From assembly GCA_038150265.1 (NCBI GenBank), contig JAYOTF010000001.1, positions 126,690 to 190,689 on the forward strand: a DNA stretch of 64,000 bases, read 5' to 3'. The stretch comes from Deltaproteobacteria bacterium (GTDB lineage: Bacteria > SAR324 > NAC60-12). Shown here one piece after another: positions 31,019 to 43,752 of the stretch. Made by a program: the position numbers and the translations under genes. Each line of letters begins with the position of its first letter. Position 1 is the stretch's first letter. Under the pieces are notes generated by a model. That model saw only the letters and a program-made list of their open reading frames with translations. It searched no databases and was not told the DNA's origin.

Positions 31019-31849
31019 TTATGCTGACTCGGAAGAAGAAATGCGTTGACGTCCACGGCGCTCTGGATCTTCGGCCCATTCACGTCGCAGGTGGTGATTG
31101 ACCCAGGCAGGTGCCGAGTACCGTTGGATCTGCTCAATGACATCGGCCTTGGACAGCCCATGCTCGCTGAACAGCTGGGCGGTGGCATCGTAGTGCGGCT
31201 CATCAACCGGTCCCCGGCATCCGTAGCACGGCACTCCCAGGCTGGGACAACGTGCCTTGCAGCCTCCGGCGCTGATGGGGCCACAGCAGACAATGCCCCG
31301 GGTCTTGACCAGGCAGAGGTTTTCGGCGATGCGGCACTCGGAGCAAACCGAGTAGTCGTGCCGCTCCGGAGTGGTTCGTTGCAAAATGGCAATCAGGGTC
31401 CGGAGGAACTCTTCCTTCTCAATGGGACACCCGGGCACCGCAAAGTCGACGGGGACAAAGTCACTGACCGGGTGGGCCTGATCCAGGTTGACCTCGTCGA
31501 GATCCTTGCCCTGATAGACCAGCTTGTGAAGCAGCTCCAGCGGTAGCTCGTTCCGCATCGCCGGAATGCCTCCCCAAACGGCACAGGTCCCGATGGCCAG
31601 CAGGTTTTCCGCATGCGAGCGGACGTTGAGCAGCAGGTCGAGGTCGCGTTGGGTGCAGACCGATCCTTCCACAATGGCGAGGTCCAGGCGCTCCTCCAGG
31701 CCTTCTGCCGAAGATGCCATGCCGAACTTGATGATCTCGATCCGGCTGGCAAGCTCCACCAACTCATCCTCGCAGTTGAGGATAACGAGCTGGTCACCTG
31801 CACAACCCGTCAAGCCAAAGATGCCCACACGGGGTTTGATTCGTTTCAT
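31019..31849 (-). CDS. hydD: [NiFe]-hydrogenase group 3b small (delta) subunit
   Basis: TGCAGD, VEGS, GTCAVWGG, PGCP, C-terminal Cys clusters. Confidence 0.92.
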   Translation of the reverse strand: MKRIKPRVGIFGLTGCAGDQLVILNCEDELVELASRIEIIKFGMASSAEGLEERLDLAIVEGSVCTQRDLDLLLNVRSHAENLLAIGTCAVWGGIPAMRNELPLELLHKLVYQGKDLDEVNLDQAHPVSDFVPVDFAVPGCPIEKEEFLRTLIAILQRTTPERHDYSVCSECRIAENLCLVKTRGIVCCGPISAGGCKARCPSLGVPCYGCRGPVDEPHYDATAQLFSEHGLSKADVIEQIQRYSAPAWVNHHLRREWAEDPERRGRQRISSSESA

Positions 31850-32811
31850 CGCCAGCCTCCGAGGTAGGGGTCGTCAGTGCCAGAAGGAGGCTGCCAGGCT
31901 TCCCTCAGCCCTCGTGCTTCCCACACGGAGAAGACGGGGCCATCGGTACAGGTGTACCGGTAGCCGATGGCGCAGTGGCCACACTTGCCAATCGCACACT
32001 CCATGCGCCGCTCCAGACTGACGTAAATGTGTTCCGGAAAGACTTCCATCTCCCGGAGCCGATCGGTCACGTATCCATACATCACAGGCGGTCCGCAGAT
32101 CGCAAACCGGGTCCTGGTTCGCTCCAGGGGCAGGTCGGCCAGGAGGTCCAGCAGGTTGCCCTGAATGAGCGGAAGCCCTGCTGCTGATTCGTCTCGGGCC
32201 GGAAGCCGGTCGCACGCCAGGTGCACCTGAACGCCACCAGACTGGTTGATCTGCTTGAGGACTTCCGGATAGAGCAGTTGTCCAACGGCTCGGGTGCCAT
32301 AGAGGAGGTGGACCTCTTCGCCGAAGCGCTCTCGGTGGAGGTTCGCATACTCCAGCAACGAACGCAGCGGCGCCATGCCGAGCCCGCCGGCCATCATCAC
32401 CAGGCTGTTGCCATGCAGGTCATCCAGTGGGAAGCCCCGTCCATAGGGTCCCCGGAGTCCAACACGCGCCCCCGGAGTGAGGTCAAACAGCGCTCGGGTG
32501 ACCCGTCCAACGCGACGGATGGTCAGGTGCAGCTCGCGTTCTTCCGCCGGAACCGCTGAGGAAACCGGGGCGTGGCAGATGGAAATGGGCACCTCGCCCA
32601 CCCCAATGACCGACAGCATGACAAATTGCCCCGGGCGGTGGTTCGAGCCGTCAGGCCCAGTTTCTCCGGGCTTGAGGCGAAACCGAAACATCATGTGGTC
32701 CGGAAGCAGCTCTTCCTTGCCAACCAGCCAGGCCGTGCTCGGGAGCATGGGGTCTCGCGCCGGTAACCGCTTCAGGGAGGGGGAGACGGGTGAGGAGAGT
32801 TCAGCGTTCAC
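31846..32811 (-). CDS. hydG: Hydrogenase group 3b gamma subunit (FAD/NAD(P), 2Fe-2S)
   Basis: PGQF, GEVPISI, RGPYGRGF, AGGLGMAP, CGP, CAIGKCGHC; start uncertain. Confidence 0.9.
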   Translation of the reverse strand: MNAELSSPVSPSLKRLPARDPMLPSTAWLVGKEELLPDHMMFRFRLKPGETGPDGSNHRPGQFVMLSVIGVGEVPISICHAPVSSAVPAEERELHLTIRRVGRVTRALFDLTPGARVGLRGPYGRGFPLDDLHGNSLVMMAGGLGMAPLRSLLEYANLHRERFGEEVHLLYGTRAVGQLLYPEVLKQINQSGGVQVHLACDRLPARDESAAGLPLIQGNLLDLLADLPLERTRTRFAICGPPVMYGYVTDRLREMEVFPEHIYVSLERRMECAIGKCGHCAIGYRYTCTDGPVFSVWEARGLREAWQPPSGTDDPYLGGWR

Positions 32812-33841
32812 AGCTTCCACGGACTTTCGCAAAGACTTGGGTGATGTCAATTCCAGCGGTGCAGGCATCCACGCAGCGTCCGCAGCCCGTACAGGACGGC
32901 ATGCCAAACTGCTCCACGAAGCCTTGCTCCTTGTGATAGTAACGGTTGCTGACCCGGGCCGCACGGTCCGGACGCATCAGCTCATCTCCTGCAATCCGGG
33001 TGAAGTCCCGGAACAGGCAGGAGTCCCAGCGCCGGACCCGCTCGCCCTGCTCTCCGGAAAGATCCGTCCGGTCAAAGACCGTGAAGCAGGTGCAGGTGGG
33101 GCAGACCATGCTGCAGGCTCCGCAGGCAAAGCACGAATCGCCCAACTCCTTCCAGGCCGGGCTGTCTTCTTCAAAGCGCAGCAATTGGGGCAGGTCGCTG
33201 ATGGGCAAGACGCGGTTGAAGGAGTTGCGCCGGACTTCGAGCTTCTTTTGGTGCTCCACGATCTGGTCCCGCTGGATGTGTGAGAACAGCGCTCGGTCCA
33301 GGTGCACCAGCGAGTGTCCGGCAGGAGTCCGGACCATGGTCACGAATCCGGCCTCGATTTCCCAGAGGAAGAGGTCGTAGACATCTTCAATGTGATCGGT
33401 TCCGGTGCTCGGACAGAAGCACTTGTCATCCGGCATGCAGCCCAGCCCAATGATCCGGGCTCCTTCGCGACGGCGCTCGTAGTGATAATCACCATAGCCG
33501 TCGGTGAAGAACTTGTCGGTGACCCGGAGCCCATGCAGCTCACACGGGTGGGGCCCAAACAGAATGGGCGGCTCCTCATCCAGAGGAGCTTCCTGGTAAC
33601 CGTCCTGTTCCGAGTAAGTCGAGAGGACCTCTTCTGCCGGAAAGAAGTACTTCTTCAGCGGAAGGGCCGTCCGGAGAAACTCCAGGGCCACCTCTTCTGG
33701 ACCCGGGAGGTCGGCATACTCGACGTACCGGTACTGGCCTGCTCCCGACGCAGCCGGAACCACGAGGCGTCCATGCGCATGCAGCGCCTCCAGAAAGGCA
33801 GGCAGGTTGGTTTTGGGGAGAAAAAGGATTTCCATTGGCAT
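32801..33841 (-). CDS. hydB: Hydrogenase group 3b beta subunit (4Fe-4S)
   Basis: CFACGACSMVCPTCTC, RRWDSC, CTGCGRCVDAC. Confidence 0.9.
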   Translation of the reverse strand: MPMEILFLPKTNLPAFLEALHAHGRLVVPAASGAGQYRYVEYADLPGPEEVALEFLRTALPLKKYFFPAEEVLSTYSEQDGYQEAPLDEEPPILFGPHPCELHGLRVTDKFFTDGYGDYHYERRREGARIIGLGCMPDDKCFCPSTGTDHIEDVYDLFLWEIEAGFVTMVRTPAGHSLVHLDRALFSHIQRDQIVEHQKKLEVRRNSFNRVLPISDLPQLLRFEEDSPAWKELGDSCFACGACSMVCPTCTCFTVFDRTDLSGEQGERVRRWDSCLFRDFTRIAGDELMRPDRAARVSNRYYHKEQGFVEQFGMPSCTGCGRCVDACTAGIDITQVFAKVRGSCER

Positions 33842-34022
33842 CAATTCGATGGTTAACACTCACAGAGGTCACCATACCGGACTGAAACCCCCGGCAACAA
33901 TCGGTAGTTTCCCTAGGTATGTTTGCGGGTACTCTAATCGCTTTGGAGCGCTATGATCAAGGCAAGTGCACCGTTCTTGTTCAAAAAGCAATTAAACCGC
34001 TCACTCGATGGAAGGGGGTTCT

Positions 34023-36608
<2,586 letters not shown>

Positions 36609-36810
36609 GAACTCCGTTTTTCCGGGGGTGGCTCTTCAGCGGCCGCCCCTCCTTCCTCAAAACCGGGAGCGCTTCGCTCGAGAGGCGCTCCCAACCGCTG
36701 CCCCTTTTTCCCTCAATCATCTGCTGGCACTTCCGGAACATTCACGGTAGCGTGGATTTTGCGCCTTTTTTACTCCGGGGCCTGTGTCCCCTTTCAGATT
36801 GAGGAAATTC

Positions 36811-38871
36811 ATGATCATTGGTGTTGACGTCGGTGGAACCTTTACCGATGTGTTTTTTCTGGATGAAGCCCAGCAGACCATCCGTGTGGCAAAGGTGCCG
36901 TCTACCCCAGCAGACCAGTCCGTCGGGTTTCTGGAGGGCCTGCACGCGCACGCGCCCCAGTTGGCGCAGGTCAAGACGGTGGTGCATGGAACAACCGTTG
37001 GAACCAACGCCCTGCTCAGTCGCGGTGGCGCAAAAACCGGGTTGCTGACCACCGAGGGCTTCCGGGACGTGCTGGAGATGCGCCGGCGAGACCGACCCCA
37101 CACCTGGGGCCTGTGGGGGCAGTATGAGCCCGTGGTTCCGCGGAACCTGCGCCTTGAGGTGCCGGAGCGGGTGCTGGCCGATGGGACCCTTCACACCGAG
37201 GTGGACTTGGAAGCCGTGGAGGCTCAGGTGCAGGCGTTGCTGGAGCAAGGCGTGGAGGCGGTGTCGGTGTTCTTCATCAATGCCTACGCCAATCCGGAAA
37301 ATGAACGCCGCGCTGTGGAGCGCGTCCGGGCGCTTTGGCCCAACGCCCACGTCAGCGCCAGTCATGAGATTCTTCCGGAAATCCGCGAGTTTGAACGCAT
37401 TTCCACCACCACCCTGAACGCCTACCTGCAGCCCCGGGTCAGCCGCTACCTGGAGAACCTGAACCAGGGAATGCGCTCGGAGGGCTTTGAGGGGGAGCTG
37501 CTGATTGTGCAAAGCAACGGCGGAGTGATGAGTGTGAACACGGCAGAGCAGTTTCCGGTGCGGACGGCGCTTTCCGGACCAGCCGCCGGCGTCATTGCCA
37601 GCGCCTACATTGGGGCCGAGGCCGGCTTTCCGAATGTCATCAGCTGCGACATGGGAGGAACCAGCTTCGACGTGTCGCTGGTGAACGGCGGCGAAAGCGC
37701 GCTTGCTGCTCAGACGTCCATCGGCTTCGGCATGGTCGTCCGGACCCCGATGATCCAAATCACCACCATCGGGGCCGGTGGCGGCTCCATTGCGTCGGTT
37801 GACCGGGGCGGCCTGCTCGAAGTGGGACCCGAGTCCGCAGGCTCGGATCCCGGACCCGTGTGTTACGGACTGGGGAACACGCGCCCAACGGTGACGGATG
37901 CGAATGTGGTGCTGGGCCGCATCAATGCAGACCGTCCGATCGGAGGAAAGCTGGACCGACTGGACGTGGAGGCAGCAAAGGCTGCGATTGAGGAACACGT
38001 TGCCGCACCGCTGGGGCTTGACGTGATGGAGGCTGCTGAGGCCATTATCCGAGTGGCCAATTCCAAAATGGCTGGGGCCATTCGTCTGGTTTCCATTGAG
38101 CAGGGCCACAACCCGAGGGAGTTTGCGGCCATGCCCTTCGGTGGCGGAGGCTCTCTGCACGTCTGTGCGATGATCCGGGAAGTGGGCCTCGCCAAGGCGT
38201 TGGTGCCGCGCTACCCCGGGGTGACCAGTGCGCTCGGCTGCGTCATTGCAGACATGCGCCACGACCGGGTCCAGACCTTCAACACCCTGTTGACGGACCT
38301 CAATGAGGCCTCGCTCCAGAACGCCATGGAAGCCTTTGCGCAAGAAGGCGCTCGGCTGCTGCAGGCCTCCGGAGTGGTCTTTGAGGGGCAGGAGGTTCGC
38401 TTTGAACTCGACATGTCCTACCTCGGCCAGACCCACACGGTGGAGGTGCCCATCATCCAGCAGTCGGTCTCCTCCTCCAGCACCACGCTCCGCGTTTCCG
38501 CTTCCCGCATTCAGGACGCCTTTGAATCACGCTATCGTGAAATCTATGGCCGGACCCTGGAAAACCTGCCGATTCGGGTGCTCAACCTCCGGGGGGCGGT
38601 GATTGGGAAGCGTCCCAAGCTCGACCTGACCCTGCTGGCTCCAGACGAAGCGGTTGCTCCGGAAGCCTGCCGCATCGGTGAACGTCCGGTCTGGGTGGAG
38701 GGAGGCTGGCAGACCGCCATCCGTTACGAGCGTCTGCGCCTGCCCATCGGGGCCCAGGTTGCGGGACCGGCCCTCTTTGAGCAACCCGACACGACCATCT
38801 TTCTCGAACCCAACATGACGGCAGAGGTGGACCGCTTTGGCAACCTCATCATTCACCCGGAGGCCCCATGA
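36811..38871 (+). CDS. Hydantoinase/oxoprolinase subunit A (ATP-binding)
   Basis: DVGGTFTD, HGTT, SGPAAG, DMGGTSFD, GAGGGS, GPESAG. Confidence 0.93.
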   Translation: MIIGVDVGGTFTDVFFLDEAQQTIRVAKVPSTPADQSVGFLEGLHAHAPQLAQVKTVVHGTTVGTNALLSRGGAKTGLLTTEGFRDVLEMRRRDRPHTWGLWGQYEPVVPRNLRLEVPERVLADGTLHTEVDLEAVEAQVQALLEQGVEAVSVFFINAYANPENERRAVERVRALWPNAHVSASHEILPEIREFERISTTTLNAYLQPRVSRYLENLNQGMRSEGFEGELLIVQSNGGVMSVNTAEQFPVRTALSGPAAGVIASAYIGAEAGFPNVISCDMGGTSFDVSLVNGGESALAAQTSIGFGMVVRTPMIQITTIGAGGGSIASVDRGGLLEVGPESAGSDPGPVCYGLGNTRPTVTDANVVLGRINADRPIGGKLDRLDVEAAKAAIEEHVAAPLGLDVMEAAEAIIRVANSKMAGAIRLVSIEQGHNPREFAAMPFGGGGSLHVCAMIREVGLAKALVPRYPGVTSALGCVIADMRHDRVQTFNTLLTDLNEASLQNAMEAFAQEGARLLQASGVVFEGQEVRFELDMSYLGQTHTVEVPIIQQSVSSSSTTLRVSASRIQDAFESRYREIYGRTLENLPIRVLNLRGAVIGKRPKLDLTLLAPDEAVAPEACRIGERPVWVEGGWQTAIRYERLRLPIGAQVAGPALFEQPDTTIFLEPNMTAEVDRFGNLIIHPEAP

Positions 38872-39488
38872 AACTGACCCTCTCTCAGGAGCGTCCGGAA
38901 ACGCTGGCGCTGGTGCTGGTGGATCTGCAAAACGACTTCATTCACCCTGAAGGCGCCTACGGTCGTGCCGGCCAGAAGTCGGCGGCCATTGCGGCGCTTC
39001 CCGAACGGCTGCAGCCGTTGGTGGAGGTGGTCCGCCAAAAAGGCGGGTGGATCGTTTCCACGCACTTCACCCTGGTTCCGGGAAAAGGCGGAGCGCCCTT
39101 CATTCTGGATCACCTCAGGCAGCTCCGGCCCTTTCTGGGGAAGGGCGACTTTGCTCCGGGCTCGTGGGGACAGCAGCTGGTGGAGGAGCTTCAGCCTCCG
39201 GACCTGAGCGTTGAGAAGGTGGCGTACAATGCGTTTTACATGAGCCGCCTGGAGTGGGTGCTGCGGCGGGCCGGAGTGGAGGCCCTGCTCTTTTCCGGAA
39301 TTGTCACCAACGGCGGAGTGGCCTCCACGGTTCGGGAAGCACATGTTCGGGACTTCCGGACCGCTGTGTTGAGCGACGGCTGTGGCGCCTTTTCGGAAGA
39401 GACGCACGAGGCGTCCATTCGGGACCTCTCCACCCTCTCCACGATCATGACCTGCGCTGAAGCGAAGCAGGTGCTGGAGGCGGCATGA
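38868..39488 (+). CDS. Isochorismatase-fold protein lacking the catalytic Cys
   Basis: VDLQNDF and VEK present; GIVTNGGVASTVREA where TNxCV is expected. Confidence 0.88.
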   Translation: MKLTLSQERPETLALVLVDLQNDFIHPEGAYGRAGQKSAAIAALPERLQPLVEVVRQKGGWIVSTHFTLVPGKGGAPFILDHLRQLRPFLGKGDFAPGSWGQQLVEELQPPDLSVEKVAYNAFYMSRLEWVLRRAGVEALLFSGIVTNGGVASTVREAHVRDFRTAVLSDGCGAFSEETHEASIRDLSTLSTIMTCAEAKQVLEAA

Positions 39489-40897
39489 GCGTGCTTGCGG
39501 CGTCTGGAGAAGCGTTTGAGGTTCATGTTCCGGTGCTGGTGGTGGGAGCCGGGGCGTGTGGCCTCACGGCCGCATTGGCTGCTGCTGAACAGGGAGCCGA
39601 GGTGCTGGTTCTGGAACGAGATCCGAAGCCCAGTGGTTCCACATCGCTTTCCTCTGGACTCATTCCAGCAGCTGGAACCCGCTGGCAGCAGCACCTGGGG
39701 GTCTCTGACTCGCCGGAGCAGTTTGCCTCCGACATTCAGCACAAGGCGAAGGGGCAGGCAAATCCGAGCCTGGTGGCACGCATGACGACTGAGGCGGGTC
39801 CCACGCTGGAGTGGCTCGCAGCGGCGCATGGGCTTGAGTTTGAGCTGCTGCAAGGGTTCCTCTACCCCGGACACTCGGTACTGCGCATGCACGCGGTTCC
39901 GGAGCACACGGGAACCGCTTTGCTGCAACGCTTGCTCGCAGCCACTCAGGCCCAGCCCATTGACGTGCTCACCGAGGCGACGGTGACGGATTTGTTTGTT
40001 GATGCGCATCAGCGGGTTCGGGGCGTCCGGGTGGCGCGCTCAGATGGTTCGACCGAAACCGTCGGCTGTGATGCGCTTGTGCTGGCGTGCAACGGCTACG
40101 GCGGAAACCCGCAGCTGCTCCAGCGCTTCATTCCGGAACTCGCGGGCATGGAGTACTTTGGGCACACCGGGAATCAGGGAGACGCCGCTTTGTGGGGAGA
40201 AGCCCTGGGCGCCGAGCTGAGCGACATGGGCGCGTTTCAGGGGCACGGCTCGGTGGCGCATCCGCACGGGGTGCTGATCACCTGGGCCTTGATGATGGAG
40301 GGAGGAATTCAGGTCAACCTCGATGGCCAGCGATTTTCCAATGAACACCAGGGGTACTCCGAGCAGTCCATCTCGGTGTGGGCGCAGCCGGATCATCTGG
40401 CATGGAACCTCTACGATGAGCGGCTCCACCAGCTGGGGATGGAGTTTGATGATTACCGCAATGCCGAATCAATGGGCGCCATTCTTCAGGCGGCCGACCT
40501 CCCCGAGCTGGCTCAGGTGACCGGGCTTCCCGAGCCGGCGCTCCGGGAGACGCTGGATGCGGTGCGGGCCTTTCAAGCGGGAGAGGCGACGGACGCCTTT
40601 GGCCGAGACTTTACCACCAAGCCTCCGCTCACGCCGCCGTACCATGCGGTCCGGGTGACCTGTGCCCTCTTTCACACGCAGGGCGGGTTGGTGGTCAATG
40701 ACGAGGCGCGGGTGATGCGGTCCGACGGTTCGGGCCTGCCCAACCTGTTTGCCGGTGGAGGCGCAGCCCAGGGGGTTTCCGGACCTGCCGTGTGGGGGTA
40801 CCTTTCAGGGAATGGCTTGCTGACCGCCGTGACTCTGGGGAGGCTTGCGGGAGTGGCGGCTGCACAGGTGGTCCGAGACGCTTCTGGTGGAGAGTGA
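39485..40897 (+). CDS. FAD-dependent oxidoreductase (flavocytochrome c/TcuA/KstD-like)
   Basis: VVGAGACG, GSTSLSSG, GQRFSNE, HTQGGL, YLSGNGL. Confidence 0.88.
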   Translation: MSVLAASGEAFEVHVPVLVVGAGACGLTAALAAAEQGAEVLVLERDPKPSGSTSLSSGLIPAAGTRWQQHLGVSDSPEQFASDIQHKAKGQANPSLVARMTTEAGPTLEWLAAAHGLEFELLQGFLYPGHSVLRMHAVPEHTGTALLQRLLAATQAQPIDVLTEATVTDLFVDAHQRVRGVRVARSDGSTETVGCDALVLACNGYGGNPQLLQRFIPELAGMEYFGHTGNQGDAALWGEALGAELSDMGAFQGHGSVAHPHGVLITWALMMEGGIQVNLDGQRFSNEHQGYSEQSISVWAQPDHLAWNLYDERLHQLGMEFDDYRNAESMGAILQAADLPELAQVTGLPEPALRETLDAVRAFQAGEATDAFGRDFTTKPPLTPPYHAVRVTCALFHTQGGLVVNDEARVMRSDGSGLPNLFAGGGAAQGVSGPAVWGYLSGNGLLTAVTLGRLAGVAAAQVVRDASGGE

Positions 40898-40978
40898 GCA
40901 GGATTTAACCAAACGTTAACCCGGCTCCAACAAAGCGTTCCTACGATAGAGCTTTTCCCCTAAGCGAAAGGCTCGTCC

Positions 40979-41263
40979 ATGAAAAAGACTGCATACCTGC
41001 TGACGCTGGCCGCCAGCGCACTTCTCCTCTCTGCCTGCAACCAGGCCGGAAAGACGGCCTCCCTGAAGCCCAAAGGCCAGGACGCCTGGTGCCAGGAGCA
41101 TCCGAATTCAGCAGTGTGTCCTCAGGGGCAGGCTGCACTCCAGCAGAAAAATTCCTGGTGCGAAGAGAATCCGATGTCGGCTGTTTGCCCGCAGGGCAAG
41201 GCGGCCGTGGAGAAGAAGGCCAGCTGGTGCGCGGATTACCCCGACTCTGCCGTCTGCTCCTGA
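40979..41263 (+). CDS. Lipoprotein with three WCxxxPxSAVC repeats
   Basis: Lipobox LLLSAC; 69-nt repeat units starting 41087, 41156, 41225. Confidence 0.8.
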   Translation: MKKTAYLLTLAASALLLSACNQAGKTASLKPKGQDAWCQEHPNSAVCPQGQAALQQKNSWCEENPMSAVCPQGKAAVEKKASWCADYPDSAVCS

Positions 41264-42901
41264 TCAGCCAGAAACCAGCCCCAGCTCCTGGTCCCGTTGA
41301 GAGGCTGCAGGGCTCCGCTCAGCGGGGTCACCGTAGCCTCCTCCTCCCGGAGTCTCCAGCCGGAGCCGCTGTCCCTTCTTGAGCTGAATCCCCACCATTT
41401 TGGAGGCCATGGGAGGTTCATGGAATCCGTCTTCCTGCTCATAATAAAACCGGTTGGGCGCCGCAGCGTGCCCGCCGACCACGCCCGGAGGCGCGTACCG
41501 TCCTCGTTCGCCAAACAGGAAGACATCGGCGTGTTCTTCCAGCAGCTCCAGCTCATAGATGGCTCCCAGTCCACCCCGGTGCCTTCCGGGGCCTCCGGAG
41601 TCGGGACGTAGGGCCCACTGCGTGAAGCGGACCGGGTAGGCGGCTTCCAAAATTTCAAGGGGCGGGATCGTGGCTGTGGAGATGGGGGCATTGCCATGAT
41701 TCAGCCCATCGCCTTCCGGGTGCCCCCCGTGTCCGCCTCCGAAGAAGGAAAACATCACCCAGCGGCGCCCGTCCTTGCGGAACCCAGCCAGCGAGAGGGC
41801 ATTGATGGTTCCATACGCACAGCCGTTGGACCGCTCTGGTGCAACCTGGGCAATGGCCTGAAAGACCACGTCAATGACCCGCAAAATGGTCTCGGTGTAT
41901 CCTCCGACCGGTTTTGGCGCCCGCGCATCAAGCAGGCTGCCATCTGGAATGATGAACTCAATGGGCTCCAGCACGCCGGAGTTGGCGGGCACCTCCTGAA
42001 AGAGGTGCTTGAGGGCCACGTAACAGGCGGCAATGGTTGTGGACCGCGAAATGTTGACGGGTCCGGCGCAGGCGGGAGACGTCCGGGAGAAGTCGAGGGT
42101 CATCGTTTCTCCGGAAATCGTCAGGTCGAGTCCCAGCCGGAGGGGTTCATCGCGGATGCCGTCGTTGTCGAGGTAGTCTTCACAGGCAATGGACCCGTCC
42201 GGAAGTTCCTGCAGGTTGGCGCGCATCAGCTGCTCGGCCCGGTTCTTCAGCTCCCGGAAGGCCTGCTGCACCGATTCTGGGCCATGCTCTTCCAACAGGG
42301 TCCGGAGGCGTTTTTCTCCAAGATCCAGGGCATTGAGCTGCCCGTTCAGGTCGCCGTAGAGGCTCCCGGGTTGCCGGGAGTTGCACTGGAGGATGTCAAT
42401 GATGTCCGGGTTGAGGACCCCCTGCTGGATCAGCCGAACCGGTGGGATGTGCATGCCCTCCTGAAAGCTCTCGGTGGCCACTGGGTTGTAGTTGCCCGGG
42501 ACGTTGCCGCCGACGTCATGCCAGTGCCCAACGGAGGCCAGGTAGCAAAACAGCTTTCCGTTGTGATAAAACGGACGGACCAGCTTGAAGTCCGAAAGGT
42601 GCGTCCCGCCTTCATACGGGTCATTGAAGATCCAGGTGTCTCCTTCCTGAATGCCTCCGCGCTCAGCGGACTTGTCGATAACGGCCTTCACGGCAAACGC
42701 CATTGCCCCAACAAATACCGGAAGTCCGGATTTGCCCTGAATCAGCGTTTCGCCGGTGACCGCATCATAGAGGCCGTGAGAGGCATCGTGGGCCTCTGCG
42801 ATGATGGGGTTGAAGGCGCTCCGGAACAAGGTGGCGTCCATTTCATCCGCAATCTGTTCCAGCCGTCCCTTGAGGACCGCGAGCGTAACAGGATCCATCA
42901 T
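41264..42901 (-). CDS. Hydantoinase B/oxoprolinase catalytic subunit
   Basis: NDPYEGGTHLSD, HWHDVGG, DSGGPGRHRGG, TPGGGGYG. Confidence 0.93.
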   Translation of the reverse strand: MMDPVTLAVLKGRLEQIADEMDATLFRSAFNPIIAEAHDASHGLYDAVTGETLIQGKSGLPVFVGAMAFAVKAVIDKSAERGGIQEGDTWIFNDPYEGGTHLSDFKLVRPFYHNGKLFCYLASVGHWHDVGGNVPGNYNPVATESFQEGMHIPPVRLIQQGVLNPDIIDILQCNSRQPGSLYGDLNGQLNALDLGEKRLRTLLEEHGPESVQQAFRELKNRAEQLMRANLQELPDGSIACEDYLDNDGIRDEPLRLGLDLTISGETMTLDFSRTSPACAGPVNISRSTTIAACYVALKHLFQEVPANSGVLEPIEFIIPDGSLLDARAPKPVGGYTETILRVIDVVFQAIAQVAPERSNGCAYGTINALSLAGFRKDGRRWVMFSFFGGGHGGHPEGDGLNHGNAPISTATIPPLEILEAAYPVRFTQWALRPDSGGPGRHRGGLGAIYELELLEEHADVFLFGERGRYAPPGVVGGHAAAPNRFYYEQEDGFHEPPMASKMVGIQLKKGQRLRLETPGGGGYGDPAERSPAASQRDQELGLVSG

Positions 42902-43752
42902 TCGTACCTCTTTCCTTCTTCGAGTAGGGTATCGGTCCCGAGCAGCTCATTGAGCTGGGTAAAGTTGAGCATCTCATCCCGGAACGGTTCTGTGGTGCCA
43001 TGTGTGTGCAGCGAGGCAAAGTAACGCTGGGCCATGTGGGTCAGGGCACGGACGAAGCCTCCGGGGAAGATCACCAGCGAGTACCCGATCTGCTCCAGCT
43101 CAGCGGCAGGCAGCAGCGGCGTCTTGCCCCCTTCTACCATGTTGGCCATGGTGGGAAGGCGGTCTCGGAAGCGGTCGTTGACGAGCCGCATCTGCCCGGT
43201 TGTGTTCAGGGCTTCCACAAACAGCAGGTCCACTCCGGTGGCAACGTAGGCTTCGGCGCGCTCCAGAGCCGCTTCGAATCCCTCCACCGCGACGGCATCG
43301 GTCCGGGCAATGATGAGCGTCTCTTCCGACTGCCGAGCGTCAAGAGCCGCCTGAAGCTTCCCCACCATTTCCCGCTGCGGAACCAGGGTCTTGTCCTTGA
43401 GGTGCCCGCAGCGTTTGGGAAAGGACTGGTCTTCGAGTTGAAGCGCCGAGGCGCCCGCCCGTTCCAGCAGGCGAACGGTCCGCTGCGTGTTGAGGGCGTT
43501 GCCAAATCCGGTGTCGGCATCCACCACCAGCGGAAGGTCGGTCCGCTCCCGGATGAGGCCAACGGTGTCGGCGACTTCCGTGAGCGTCACCAGCCCCAGG
43601 TCCGGACGTCCATGACGGGTGTAGGCGACACTGGCCCCAGAGAGGTAGGCGGCTTCAAATCCGGCCTGTTCCACAAGGACGGCTCCCAGCGCATCGTAAA
43701 TGCCAGGGGCCACCACAATGCCTGCTTCGGAAAAACGGGTCTTCCAGCTCAT
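42898..43752 (-). CDS. Isocitrate lyase/PEP mutase family C-C lyase (dimethylmalate or methylisocitrate lyase-like)
   Basis: PGIYD, YLSGA, DADTGFG, EDQ, KRCGH, ARTDA, NMVEGGKTP. Confidence 0.92.
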   Translation of the reverse strand: MSWKTRFSEAGIVVAPGIYDALGAVLVEQAGFEAAYLSGASVAYTRHGRPDLGLVTLTEVADTVGLIRERTDLPLVVDADTGFGNALNTQRTVRLLERAGASALQLEDQSFPKRCGHLKDKTLVPQREMVGKLQAALDARQSEETLIIARTDAVAVEGFEAALERAEAYVATGVDLLFVEALNTTGQMRLVNDRFRDRLPTMANMVEGGKTPLLPAAELEQIGYSLVIFPGGFVRALTHMAQRYFASLHTHGTTEPFRDEMLNFTQLNELLGTDTLLEEGKRYE

